Shown one piece after another: positions 1 to 9,258 of a DNA stretch of 64,000 bases (positions are counted from its first letter, which is position 1; every line of letters begins with the position of its first letter). The notes below the pieces were generated by a model. That model saw only the letters and a list, made by a program, of their open reading frames with translations. It was not told the DNA's origin and did not search any database. A program made the translations under genes and the position numbers. Source of the stretch: Hyalangium minutum (GTDB lineage Bacteria > Myxococcota > Myxococcia > Myxococcales > Myxococcaceae); contig NZ_JMCB01000004.1 in assembly GCF_000737315.1 (NCBI RefSeq), positions 372,001 through 436,000 on the forward strand. Direction: 5' to 3'.

Positions 1-1
1 C

Positions 2-334
2 CTCAAGCGCTCCGAGCGCGAGGCGCTGGTGGCGGACATGCTCGACCGCTTCCAGCTCGTGGGGAAGAAGGACCTGTACCCCAATCAGCTCTCCGGCGGG
101 CAGCAGCAGGTGGTGGGCATCGCCCGAGCCCTCATCGCCAGCCCGAAGATGCTGCTGGCGGACGAGCCGACCGGCAACCTGCACTCCACGCAGGCCAAGC
201 AGATCATGGAGATGTTTCAGGCGCTCAACCGCGAGGGCACCACCGTCATTCAGGTGACGCACTCGGAGTCAAACGCCGCATACGGCCATCGCGTGGTCCA
301 ACTGGCGGACGGTTGGATCCAGGAGCCGCGCTAA
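2..334 (+). CDS. ABC transporter ATP-binding protein (LolD/MacB-type), 5'-truncated by window edge
   Basis: LSGGQQQ signature, [10 protein letters not shown] Walker B/D-loop, QVTH H-loop; frame is open back to base 2. Confidence 0.92.
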   Translation, partial: LKRSEREALVADMLDRFQLVGKKDLYPNQLSGGQQQVVGIARALIASPKMLLADEPTGNLHSTQAKQIMEMFQALNREGTTVIQVTHSESNAAYGHRVVQLADGWIQEPR

Positions 335-399
335 GCCTCAAACAGATGCATTCCCCCTCACCAAGGGCCTCTGGCAGAGTCCTTTGCTTCGGTGCCGCC

Positions 400-1827
400 G
401 TGACTGAGATCGCCCCCGCAATCCCTGAGAGTGCTCCTCGGCCCGAGCCCGACTCGCGGCCGCGCATCCTCGTCGCCGACGATCAGGCGGACGTGCTGGA
501 AGCGCTGCGCCTGCTGCTGAAGCGGGATGGGTATGCCGTGCTGACGGCCCAGTCCCCGGCGGGCGTCCTGGCCATGCTGGAGGCCGAGGACGTGGACGTG
601 TTGCTGATGGACCTGAACTACGCGCGCGATACCACCTCCGGGCGCGAGGGCTTGGACTTGCTCGCGCGAGTGCGCCAGATGGATGCGGCGCTGCCAGTGG
701 TGGTGATGACGGCGTGGGGCAGCGTGGAGGGCGCGGTGGAGGCCATCCGCGGGGGCGCTCGGGACTACGTGCAGAAGCCGTGGGACAACACGCGCCTGCT
801 CACCCTGCTGCGCACCCAGCTGGAACTGCGGCGGGCGCTGAAGCGCTCGAAGCGGCTGGAGCAGGAGAACACCCACCTGCGCAAGAGCGGTGGCGAGCGG
901 CCGTCCTTCCTGGCCGAGTCCCGCGCCATGCAGGCGGTGCGGCGGCTGGTGGAGCGCGTGGCGCCCTCGGGGGCGAACATCCTCATTACGGGCGAGCACG
1001 GCACGGGCAAGGAAGTGATGGCGCGGTGGATCCACGCCGCCTCTGGGCGCCCGGAGAGCCCCTTCGTGGCAGTGAACTCGGGCGGCCTGTCCGAGGGCGT
1101 CTTCGAGAGCGAGCTGTTTGGCCACGTGAAGGGCGCCTTCACGGACGCGAAGACGGACCGCATCGGCTGCTTCGAGCTGGCGGACGGCGGCATCCTGTTC
1201 CTGGACGAGATCGGCAACATGCCGCTCACGCAGCAGGCCAAGCTCCTGCGCGTGCTGCAGACGGGCGAGCTGCACCCAGTGGGCTCCTCGAAGGTGCGCC
1301 GGGTGTCCGTGCGCGTCGTCGCGGCGACGAACGCGGATCTGTCCAAGGCGGTGGCCGAGGGCCGCTTCCGGGAGGATCTGCTCTACCGCCTCAACACGGT
1401 GGAGGTGCAGCTGCCGCCGCTGAGGGATCGCCGCGAGGACATTCCGCTGCTGGCGGCGCACTTCCTGGCGGAGCAGGGCCGGCGCTATGGTCGTCCGGCG
1501 ATGCGCCTGTCGCAGGGGGCGCTGGAGGCCCTGATGTCCTACGGATGGCCGGGCAACGTGCGCGAACTGGAGCATGCGGTGGAGCGCGCGCTGCTCATGG
1601 CCAGCGGGGAGGAAGTCACGGCGGAGGACCTGCTGCTGCGGCGCGCGAGCCGCGAGGGCCCGTCCCGCCTGGAGGAGATGACGCTGGAGGAGGTGGAGCG
1701 CTACCTCATCGATCGGGCCCTGACGCGGTATGAGGGCAACGTGAGCGATGCGGCGAAGGCGCTCGGGCTGTCGCGCAGCGCGCTGTACCGCCGCATGCAG
1801 TACTACGGCATCAAGGGAGCGCGGTGA
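400..1827 (+). CDS. Sigma54-dependent response regulator (NtrC family: REC-AAA+-HTH)
   Basis: ILVADD and LLMD receiver motifs, GEHGTGKE Walker A, GAFTDA loop, LFLDEIG Walker B, WPGNVRELEH, Fis-type HTH; start taken as GTG 400 (ORF open from 313). Confidence 0.95.
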   Translation: MTEIAPAIPESAPRPEPDSRPRILVADDQADVLEALRLLLKRDGYAVLTAQSPAGVLAMLEAEDVDVLLMDLNYARDTTSGREGLDLLARVRQMDAALPVVVMTAWGSVEGAVEAIRGGARDYVQKPWDNTRLLTLLRTQLELRRALKRSKRLEQENTHLRKSGGERPSFLAESRAMQAVRRLVERVAPSGANILITGEHGTGKEVMARWIHAASGRPESPFVAVNSGGLSEGVFESELFGHVKGAFTDAKTDRIGCFELADGGILFLDEIGNMPLTQQAKLLRVLQTGELHPVGSSKVRRVSVRVVAATNADLSKAVAEGRFREDLLYRLNTVEVQLPPLRDRREDIPLLAAHFLAEQGRRYGRPAMRLSQGALEALMSYGWPGNVRELEHAVERALLMASGEEVTAEDLLLRRASREGPSRLEEMTLEEVERYLIDRALTRYEGNVSDAAKALGLSRSALYRRMQYYGIKGAR

Positions 1828-3173
1828 AACGCTCCCGGAGATCGCTCCCCTTCGATCTCCGCATCTTCCTGCTGGCGCTGCTGGCGGGGCTGCCGGGCTC
1901 CATTGCGACGCTGGCGCTGCTGTGGACGCAGGACGTGAGCGCCAAGGTGCAGTGGACGGTCTCCGTGCTGGTGGTGGCGGTGCACTTGGGCGCGGCCATC
2001 GCCGTGCGCGAGCGCATCACCCGGCCGCTGCAGACGGTGGCCAACCTGCTGGCCGCGCTGCGCGAGGGGGACTACTCGGTGCGCGGGCGCGGGGCTCGCC
2101 CGGATGATCCGCTCGGTGAGGTGCTCCTGGAGGTCAACGCGCTCGGCGACACGCTGAAGGAGCAGCGGCTGGGGGCCTTGGAGGCGGGAGCACTGCTGAC
2201 GCAGGTGATGGAGGAGATCGACGTCTCGGTGCTGACGTTCGACGCGGCGGGGACGCTGAAGCTGGTGAACCGCGCGGGAGAGCGGCTGCTGGGGCTGCCT
2301 CGGGCGCACCTGGTGAACAAGGGCGCACGCATCCTGGGGCTGGTGGAGCTGCTGGAGGGCCCGGTGCCGCGGCGGCTCACACGCAGCTTCGCGGTGGAGG
2401 GCGGGCCGTACGAGCTGCGGCGGGGGACATTCCGGCAGGGCGGCCTGCCGCACCAGCTGGTGGTGGTGGCGGACCTGCGGGTGGCGCTGCGCGAGGAGGA
2501 GCGCGAGGCGTGGCGGCGCATGGTCCGGGTGCTGAGCCACGAGATCAACAACTCGCTGACGCCGATCCAGTCCATCGCCGGGGCGCTGCGGGACGCGCTG
2601 GTGCAGGGGCCTCGGCCGTCGGACTGGGACGAGGACGCCAAGTCGGGGCTGGGCATCATCGAGCGGCGCAGCGAGTCGCTGGCGCGGTTCCTGTCAGCCT
2701 ACGCGAAGCTGGCGAAGCTGCCGCCACCGAAGCTGGTTCCACTGGAGCTGGAGGGCTGGGTACGGCGGGTGGCGGCGCTGGAGACGCGGCTGCCGGTCGA
2801 GGTGCGGCCGGGACCGGGGCTCACGGTGAGCGCGGACGGAGATCAGCTCGAGCAGCTGCTGATCAACCTGCTGCGCAACGCGGTGGACGCGGCGAAGGAG
2901 AAGCAGGGGCGCGTCTGGGTGTCCTGGACGCGGCCGACGGTGGACGCGGTGGAGCTCTGGGTCGAGGACGAGGGCCCGGGGCTGGCGGACACGGCGAACC
3001 TCTTCGTGCCCTTCTTCACCACGAAGCCGCAGGGCAGTGGCATCGGACTGGTGCTCAGCCGGCAGATCGCTGAGGCGCACGGAGGAACGCTGCGCCTGGA
3101 GAACCGGCCCGAGGGGGCAGGGTGCCGCGCCCGGCTGCGGCTGCCCCTGCAGGGCCCTGGTCTCGCCCGCTGA
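1824..3173 (+). CDS. Membrane sensor histidine kinase (NtrY-like; 2 TM, HAMP/PAS, HisKA, HATPase)
   Basis: LSHEINNSL H-box, NLLRNAVDA N-box, DEGPG, FFTTKPQGSGIGL; 4-bp overlap with regulator stop. Confidence 0.95.
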   Translation: MKRSRRSLPFDLRIFLLALLAGLPGSIATLALLWTQDVSAKVQWTVSVLVVAVHLGAAIAVRERITRPLQTVANLLAALREGDYSVRGRGARPDDPLGEVLLEVNALGDTLKEQRLGALEAGALLTQVMEEIDVSVLTFDAAGTLKLVNRAGERLLGLPRAHLVNKGARILGLVELLEGPVPRRLTRSFAVEGGPYELRRGTFRQGGLPHQLVVVADLRVALREEEREAWRRMVRVLSHEINNSLTPIQSIAGALRDALVQGPRPSDWDEDAKSGLGIIERRSESLARFLSAYAKLAKLPPPKLVPLELEGWVRRVAALETRLPVEVRPGPGLTVSADGDQLEQLLINLLRNAVDAAKEKQGRVWVSWTRPTVDAVELWVEDEGPGLADTANLFVPFFTTKPQGSGIGLVLSRQIAEAHGGTLRLENRPEGAGCRARLRLPLQGPGLAR

Positions 3174-3194
3174 GTCACGGCCGTTCTGCGGAAA

Positions 3195-3233
3195 GCGCGG
3201 GATTTCGCTCGCGGCGAGCGAGATCGCCCGCGC
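3195..3233. terminator. GC-rich hairpin between convergent genes, probable bidirectional terminator
   Basis: gcgcggg-atttcgctcg-cgg-cgagcgagat-(cg)-cccgcgc forms an ~17-bp interrupted stem between kinase stop (3173) and immunity-gene stop (3252); no U-tract. Confidence 0.5.
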
Positions 3234-3251
3234 CCTTGTGGCGCCTTCCAG

Positions 3252-3722
3252 TCAGGCTTCTTCGTCGGGCAAGAGCGTGCGGAGCAGCTCGTCGTCAGGC
3301 CCGAGCGGGCGCCAGCCGGGCGGAGGAGGAGCCGCGCGAAGCGCTGCCCTGGCCCGCTTGACTCGCTCCTTATGAGTATCCGGGGTGTCGGCAGACCAAC
3401 AGCCGAGCGCCTTGGCCACCTGGAAACGAGACTCGTCGTCCATCACGGCTGGCCAGCCATTGGGGAGGCTCTCGGACAGCTCGCGCGCGAGCACATCGCG
3501 CACAAAACGTGTGACCTGCTTGCGCTGCTCCGCCTCGGCATGCAGCCCGCCCAACACCTGCACCCCAGCGACGTCGTCTTTGCCAAGTTCCTCGGCGAGC
3601 TGATTCAGCGGGACCCCCGGGCGTGCCTCGGCAAAGGCGGTGAGCGAATCGTAACCGTGCTCGCGCACGCGCTCATAAAGGCGGGCCTTCCAATTGCCCT
3701 GCCAAGAACGGCCATCGGTCAT
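3252..3722 (-). CDS. Probable immunity protein of the upstream lipoprotein toxin
   Basis: 156 aa; ATG overlaps toxin TGA (ATGA, 3719-3722); resembles the small myxobacterial proteins I recall downstream of DUF2380 genes; no Nudix box. Confidence 0.7.
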   Translation of the reverse strand: MTDGRSWQGNWKARLYERVREHGYDSLTAFAEARPGVPLNQLAEELGKDDVAGVQVLGGLHAEAEQRKQVTRFVRDVLARELSESLPNGWPAVMDDESRFQVAKALGCWSADTPDTHKERVKRARAALRAAPPPPGWRPLGPDDELLRTLLPDEEA

Positions 3723-5245
3723 CGCCGTCCCCCTTGAATGAACTTCATCGGGATGTCGTAACGTTTCATGCGGGAGGCGACAATGTTCAGGACCTCATTC
3801 CGGGTCAACATCCGCCCTACTTCAACTTCAGCCTCGCGCAGCGCCTCCATGATCATCCGGTTCCATTCGTTGGGCCATGTGCGTCCCAAGCGCCAGTTGC
3901 CCCCTCCGTGAATCGCCTGATGGTGTGCCTGCTCCAGCCGGACGCAGAACTTGTCGATGTCCATGTCGCCCCTGAATCCGCGCTTCTCGAACCACGCTCG
4001 GAACTCTTCCGGTAGGACGTGGTGCATCGGTGCCCTGGACATGCCCGCTCCGGCTCTGCCAGTCACCCGCATGCCGCGCACTTCGGGACTGTCTCCCAGC
4101 GCGTCACGGACGCCCTCCGGCAGCTCCCCGTTCGCCTGCGCCATCATCACCTGACCGCCATGGATGCGGACGGCCGCGCTGACGGCTGGGAGGGAGAGGA
4201 CGCCCGCCCGAACGAGCCTGCGGATCAACTCCACCCACTCAGCGGAGACAGCAATCTGTGAGCCTACCATCACTCCGTCCGAGCCCATCACGAGGCCCAC
4301 GCCGAGCGTGGCAGGAGCGGCGGGCGGCAGTCGTGGTAACGACATCCTCAGCGTCGAGACCAGGGTGAGCATCTCCACGAGCTGCGCCGCCGCCATGAGC
4401 CTCCCGCTCCTCTCCATGGCCATGCGTGCGCCGTCACGGATAGAACCGAACTCGCGGGTGAGCTGGCCCATCAACCCGGGCATCTCTATAGCCGCGGCCT
4501 CGACCTGCTCCGGATCCTGCGATGCGAGCGCCGAAAGGGTGGGCTCTATCAGCCGCTGCACACGGTGCATGTCCATGAACAGCCTCTCAGTACTGTAGGC
4601 GGGGCACTCTCGGAGCACGATGTCGGCGAGTTGGAGGAAGTCGAGCCATGCGGCCAGCAGCATGGAGCCGAACATGGCTGCCTGGAGCTGGGCGCCCGTC
4701 ATCCGAAGAATGCCCAACTCCATGTCCGAGTCAGCGACTTCCGAGGCCGCATTTGTCAGCAGGGTGGTGCGACCGAGCGCGCCGTGAAGCCATGGCAGTT
4801 GGTTGGAGCCATGGTCAAGGTAGCGGGTGAAGGCGCCGTTGACGCCGCTCAAGCCGCGATTGCCCTGGCCCGGTGGACGGGCCGCGAGCTTGGAGAGCGC
4901 GCTGGCGACGCTGACCGTAGTGCCCTGCACATCGTCCACGATACCGAAAACTGCTTGACGGGTGAGCGTGACGCTCTGTCGCCCAGGTTCATGCAGGGAG
5001 GTCGATGGGGAAGCCAGGGGGCGTGGAGACTCCTCGCCCGGCCGATCGGCTAAACTGGGCCCGGAGGCACCGCGCGGCGTGTAGCTCAGGTTGCTTTCCC
5101 GACCGGGAGGCGACGTCAACGACGCGCAGCCGTTCGTCAGCAGGGCAAAAGCCACCAGCAGCCCGCTATGCCGGCTAACGCCCGCACGTGGCAGCAGCGA
5201 CAGCGTCCACAGTAGCCACCCGCAGCAGCCACGGCTCATCCACAT
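3719..5245 (-). CDS. Lipoprotein polymorphic toxin with C-terminal DUF2380-like His-rich (AHH/HNH-like) domain
   Basis: Lipobox LTNG-C; helical middle region; C-terminal MHHVLPEEFRAWF...HHQAIHGGG..W...WN. Start uncertain (ATG 5245 or 5239); the extension to 5443 overlaps the upstream gene. Confidence 0.75.
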   Translation of the reverse strand: MWMSRGCCGWLLWTLSLLPRAGVSRHSGLLVAFALLTNGCASLTSPPGRESNLSYTPRGASGPSLADRPGEESPRPLASPSTSLHEPGRQSVTLTRQAVFGIVDDVQGTTVSVASALSKLAARPPGQGNRGLSGVNGAFTRYLDHGSNQLPWLHGALGRTTLLTNAASEVADSDMELGILRMTGAQLQAAMFGSMLLAAWLDFLQLADIVLRECPAYSTERLFMDMHRVQRLIEPTLSALASQDPEQVEAAAIEMPGLMGQLTREFGSIRDGARMAMERSGRLMAAAQLVEMLTLVSTLRMSLPRLPPAAPATLGVGLVMGSDGVMVGSQIAVSAEWVELIRRLVRAGVLSLPAVSAAVRIHGGQVMMAQANGELPEGVRDALGDSPEVRGMRVTGRAGAGMSRAPMHHVLPEEFRAWFEKRGFRGDMDIDKFCVRLEQAHHQAIHGGGNWRLGRTWPNEWNRMIMEALREAEVEVGRMLTRNEVLNIVASRMKRYDIPMKFIQGGRR

Positions 5246-5324
5246 ATGCGCCTCCACAATCCCGTGAAAGGGCGCTGACTGCGGGCCGGGGGATACCGGC
5301 TTGAACATCAGCCACGGCTCCTCG

Positions 5325-7097
5325 TCAGCGCAGTTGGAGCTGGTAGTCGGTCCGCACCGTGCCGCGTTGCTTCCGCACCTCCACGAAGTGGTCCCCCGCG
5401 TACTGGGGGGTGAAGGTGCGCGGTGTCGGATCGAGGGTGACATCGTTCAGCACAAGGGCGCCAAACGGGTCTCGCACGGTTCCATTCACGGACCCCGAGG
5501 GCGCCGTGAGCTGGTAGCTTCGCCCCGCTTCGAGCGTGACGACGAAGACGTCGATGTCCGTCGTGGCGTCCAGGTTGCCTGAGATGGGAGTGTCCAGGGT
5601 GAGGCGGGTCGCGGTGTCCGACGTGTCGCCGTGGTCATCGAGCCCCAGATCCTCCAATCGCAGGTGGTAGCTCCCCTGGTCGCGAGAGTCTCTGCCAGAA
5701 ACCTCCACGAAGAACGGCCCGGGAGCCTTGATCTCGAGCGAAGTCCGGGGGGACTCGGCGATCGGGCCCGTGGAGCCGTGGGCCCGGACCACACAGTCCA
5801 CCTCGGCGGAGGTGCAGATGACGCGGTAGAAGCGGCCCGCAGTGGCCTCGATGCGGAAGAAGTCCGAGTCCAGGTTCGTCTCGAGCTGCCCGTCGAGTTC
5901 TAGGGTGGCGCCGCCCAAGTCCGACGCCCCTTCGGCGCTGTCCGCATGGTCGTCCGGGCCCAGGTTCTCCACCTGGTAGGTGTACGTGGAGGTCCGGAGG
6001 GCGACTCGGTTGCGCACCTCCACGAACACCGGGACCGAGGTGCTGCCCGCCTCGTACGCCACCACGCCCTGGCGATCCACGAGGGTCGTGCCCGCGCTGT
6101 CCTTCAGGAGAAGCGTGCAGCCCAAGGGCTCTTCCTGGAGGGTGCAGCGGAAGCGGACCACCTGCCCTGCGGGAACGGTGATGCGGAACACATCCACGTC
6201 CTGCAGCGTCTCGAGTCGCCCACTGGCGGCCGTTCCCAGGGAGGGCTCCGTGGCGCTCGCTGCGGTGTCACCGTGGTCGTCCGGCCCGAGATCCTGGAGC
6301 GAGTAGCGGTAAGTGCCGATGCCCGTGAGGAGCGGCTGACGGTTGCTCGTCACCTCCAGGGTGTAACGGCCCGCCTGCGTGACTTCGTAGGCGAAGGGAG
6401 CCAGTTGCTCGTGGAGGAGGGTGCCCGACGCGTCCCGCAGCCGGACACGGCAGACCAGCACCGTCCCCTCGCATGGGAATTGGTAGACGTGGCCTGCCTC
6501 CGCTTCAAAGGCGAAGAAATCCGAGTCATTCAAGAGCTCCATCCGCGCCTCATGCGTCAGACCGGATGCGGTGATGAGCGTGGCGGTCTCGGCGGTGTCT
6601 CCGTGATCGTCCGGGCCGACGTCCTCCAGCCCATAGCTGTAGGGAACAGGGAACTGCGTCGCAAAGACGGAGGGGCGCACCTGCGCATAGAGGGTGCTGT
6701 TCGCGGGGGCCTCGTACCCCAGCATCCAGTACATGCCTGCGGCGGGGAGCAGGTCTCCGCTGGCCGTCAGGAATTGCACGGCACAGGTGGATTCGTACCC
6801 GATGCGCTCGGCAGAGCAGGTGAAGCGGTAGATGCGTCCCGCCACGACCGAGAAGGAGAAGACGTCCAGATCCTCCGCATGATGGAGCACGGCGGCTCCC
6901 CCCCCGCCCGGCACCAGCTCGGTCGCCGTCGTGGGAGTGTCCCCGGGGTCGTCCTCGTTCACGGGCGGCTGGGGGCTGCAGCGCTTCTCCACACAGGTCC
7001 CCGGGTCTTCGTCCTCTCCGCAAGCCCCCAGGCTCAAGAGCAGAAGCGCCCCCACGGGGAGTGCGCGAGTCCATCCAGAAAGTGGCAGGGTTCTCAA
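5325..7097 (-). CDS. Lipoprotein with five tandem PPC-like (pre-peptidase C-terminal) beta-sandwich repeats
   Basis: Lipobox SLGA-C; five ~110-aa units each starting DD(H/P)(G/A)D..A..L and containing D.D.F...AG..Y; no catalytic domain seen. Confidence 0.75.
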   Translation of the reverse strand: MRTLPLSGWTRALPVGALLLLSLGACGEDEDPGTCVEKRCSPQPPVNEDDPGDTPTTATELVPGGGGAAVLHHAEDLDVFSFSVVAGRIYRFTCSAERIGYESTCAVQFLTASGDLLPAAGMYWMLGYEAPANSTLYAQVRPSVFATQFPVPYSYGLEDVGPDDHGDTAETATLITASGLTHEARMELLNDSDFFAFEAEAGHVYQFPCEGTVLVCRVRLRDASGTLLHEQLAPFAYEVTQAGRYTLEVTSNRQPLLTGIGTYRYSLQDLGPDDHGDTAASATEPSLGTAASGRLETLQDVDVFRITVPAGQVVRFRCTLQEEPLGCTLLLKDSAGTTLVDRQGVVAYEAGSTSVPVFVEVRNRVALRTSTYTYQVENLGPDDHADSAEGASDLGGATLELDGQLETNLDSDFFRIEATAGRFYRVICTSAEVDCVVRAHGSTGPIAESPRTSLEIKAPGPFFVEVSGRDSRDQGSYHLRLEDLGLDDHGDTSDTATRLTLDTPISGNLDATTDIDVFVVTLEAGRSYQLTAPSGSVNGTVRDPFGALVLNDVTLDPTPRTFTPQYAGDHFVEVRKQRGTVRTDYQLQLR

Positions 7098-7219
7098 GGA
7101 GTGTCCGTTTCAGCAGTGAACTGTCCCGGCCCTCAGCCAGCGACGGACCGGTGGGAGCCTGCTCGGGCGCCATCGGACACGTACCAGCCTGCCCCCATGC
7201 ACGCAGATTTCCGACGCGT

Positions 7220-8236
7220 CTACAACCAGATCTTCTCGCTCTCGTTCTTGAGGAGCGAGTGCGTCGTGATGCGGTCCTGGCTGCGCGCGCGGGGGCGAGG
7301 ATGGAGCAGTCCCTCGTTGCCCCTGTGCTCACCCGCCTCGTCCGCTACGGCCTTCAACTCGGCGCCCGCCTCTTTCGCGCCGTACGTCCCCCCAAGACAT
7401 CGGCTCAAGTCCGCTTCCAGCTCTCCCGCTGTGGGGTAGCGGGCCGCGGGCGAACGCTGGAGGAGCCTGCACAGGGGCACGCGCAGCGCACCCGCGAGCC
7501 TCGCACGCTGGATGGCGCGCGTCAGGCCCGCGCGCTGCTTGCGCGAGAGCGCCGCGAGCGCCTTGGGTGAGATCTCGTTGGGAGGGTGAAGCAGGCTCCG
7601 CCCGGTGGCCAGTTCCAGCATGACGAGGCCCAGCGCGAAGAGATCCGAGCGGGCATCCACGCGGCCCGTCAGCAGCATTTCCGGCGAAGAGAAGTAGGTG
7701 TCTCCCTGCGGGCGACGCACCGTGGAGGCCACGCGCCCTGGCAAGCGGGAGAGCGCGAGGCCAAAGTCGGACACCTGCACGCGGCCCGACCAATCCACGA
7801 AGACGTGGTCCAGATCAATCGCCCGGTGGACGATCCCCAACGAGCGCCCGCGCTCGTCCTGGGCCGTGTGCGCAGGGTGAAGGGCGCCCGCCACCTGGGC
7901 GCCCACGTGCAGCGCGAAGAGGGGAGAGAACCACCGTTTGCACTCCGTGACGAGCGCGAGAACATCATTCAACGAATTGCAGGAGGGATGATCCGTAATG
8001 ACGTACCAAGCCCCCTCCGCCTTGTGCAGCCCGTGGACGCGGACACTCTGCGGGTGCTGGAGATACGCGGCAAGGCGTACCTGCTCCTCCAGCTTCGCTC
8101 GCGCCTTGAAGACCCGTTCCCCGCCCGGGTCGCTGGGCATCCCCACGGCCTTGAGAAGCACTTGGTCCAGCGGCCTCCCGTCCGCTCTGCGTTGACAGGC
8201 GAGAAGCAGGTTCAGTCCGTGGTGGGCCTCCCCCAA
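7220..8236 (-). pseudogene. Ser/Thr kinase-like protein, non-canonical catalytic loop, 5' end apparently disrupted
   Basis: LLK (VAIK-like), HRAID in place of HRDLK, SDFG, SPE, DARSDLFALG; in-frame TGA lies only ~17 codons upstream of the TTG and no good RBS; start uncertain. Confidence 0.6.
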
Positions 8237-8301
8237 GTTCTCGCGGTAAGGGAGGGGGCCGATTCTGCCCGCCTCCCTCGCGCGTCACCTTCCGTGGGGC
8301 G

Positions 8302-9258
8302 CTAGTCGGGATAGAACCACGTCACCCGCGCCTCTCCGCTGTTGGCGGCTTTCGAGGCACCGTCCTTGTCCAGCAGCGTGTCCGCAGCCAGTTCTGCCGC
8401 TTCACGCCGCAGGGCTTCGGTATCAACGGGGCGCTTGCCTGGGGCCCGCGCCAAAAGGCTCTGCACCCAGTTGCTCACGGCCACGGGCACACGGGGATTC
8501 AGCTTGTGGACAGCTTGTGGCGTGCGGATGGCGCTGTTGATGGACTCCCTGGGGCGTACTTCGGTAGGGCGCGGATCCGTCAGCAAGTCATAGAGCATCA
8601 CCCCATAAGCGAAGATTTCGTCTGACACCTGGAAGGCGTACCGCGCCCGGTGTTCTTCCTTGTGCTCGCGGAGAAACTTGAACTGCTCGGGCGCGCGAAA
8701 GCGATCCGTTCCCGGAGGCAACCCTTCCTCGGTCAAGTCCTCGGCGAGCGTGTGGCTGGCGCTTCCCAGGTCGATGATGATCGGCTCTCCGTCGCTCTTG
8801 CGGATCAGCACGTTGGCCGGCTTCAAGTCGCGATGAAGCACGCCCCGGCTGTGCATGTACGCCAGCGCGGCGGCGATCTTCACGAACACGGACAGGACTT
8901 CATTCACGGTGGGGTGTTTGCGCTCCATCCACTCAGCCAACGTCCAGCCGTCCACGTAGTCCAAGACGAGATAGACGTTTCCGCTCTCCTTGTCCGGCAA
9001 GTACCCATATCCACACGGCTGGACGATGTTGGGATGGCCTCGGAGCAGCAGCAGGATCTCCAACTCGCGCAGCGTGCGCGCGTGCGTCCTCTTGTCGTCG
9101 CCGCTCGTCTCGCGGTGCCGCGCCAGCTTGAGCGCGTACAGCTTGCCGTTCCTCTCCACGAGGTACACGAACGCAAAGCCCCCATCCCCCAGCGGCTTGA
9201 TCACCTTGAAGCCGTCGAAAACGGCACCGGGGGGCAACCCCACCACGGGCCCGGTCAT
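8302..9258 (-). CDS. Hanks-type Ser/Thr protein kinase (kinase domain only, ~318 aa)
   Basis: LGDGGFAFV Gly loop, YALK, RELE, HRDLKPAN, DLG, RAPE, DEIFAYG; ATG overlaps DUF2381 stop (ATGA 9255-9258). Confidence 0.88.
   Translation of the reverse strand: MTGPVVGLPPGAVFDGFKVIKPLGDGGFAFVYLVERNGKLYALKLARHRETSGDDKRTHARTLRELEILLLLRGHPNIVQPCGYGYLPDKESGNVYLVLDYVDGWTLAEWMERKHPTVNEVLSVFVKIAAALAYMHSRGVLHRDLKPANVLIRKSDGEPIIIDLGSASHTLAEDLTEEGLPPGTDRFRAPEQFKFLREHKEEHRARYAFQVSDEIFAYGVMLYDLLTDPRPTEVRPRESINSAIRTPQAVHKLNPRVPVAVSNWVQSLLARAPGKRPVDTEALRREAAELAADTLLDKDGASKAANSGEARVTWFYPD

Noticed and set aside
3252-3722. Nudix hydrolase label (which I recall being attached to similar proteins)
   Set aside because: No GX5EX7REUXEEXGU box; position and coupling fit an immunity protein.
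5246-5443. N-terminal extension of the toxin ORF to 5443
   Set aside because: Overlaps the 3' end of the PPC lipoprotein gene and would place the lipobox more than 100 aa from the start.
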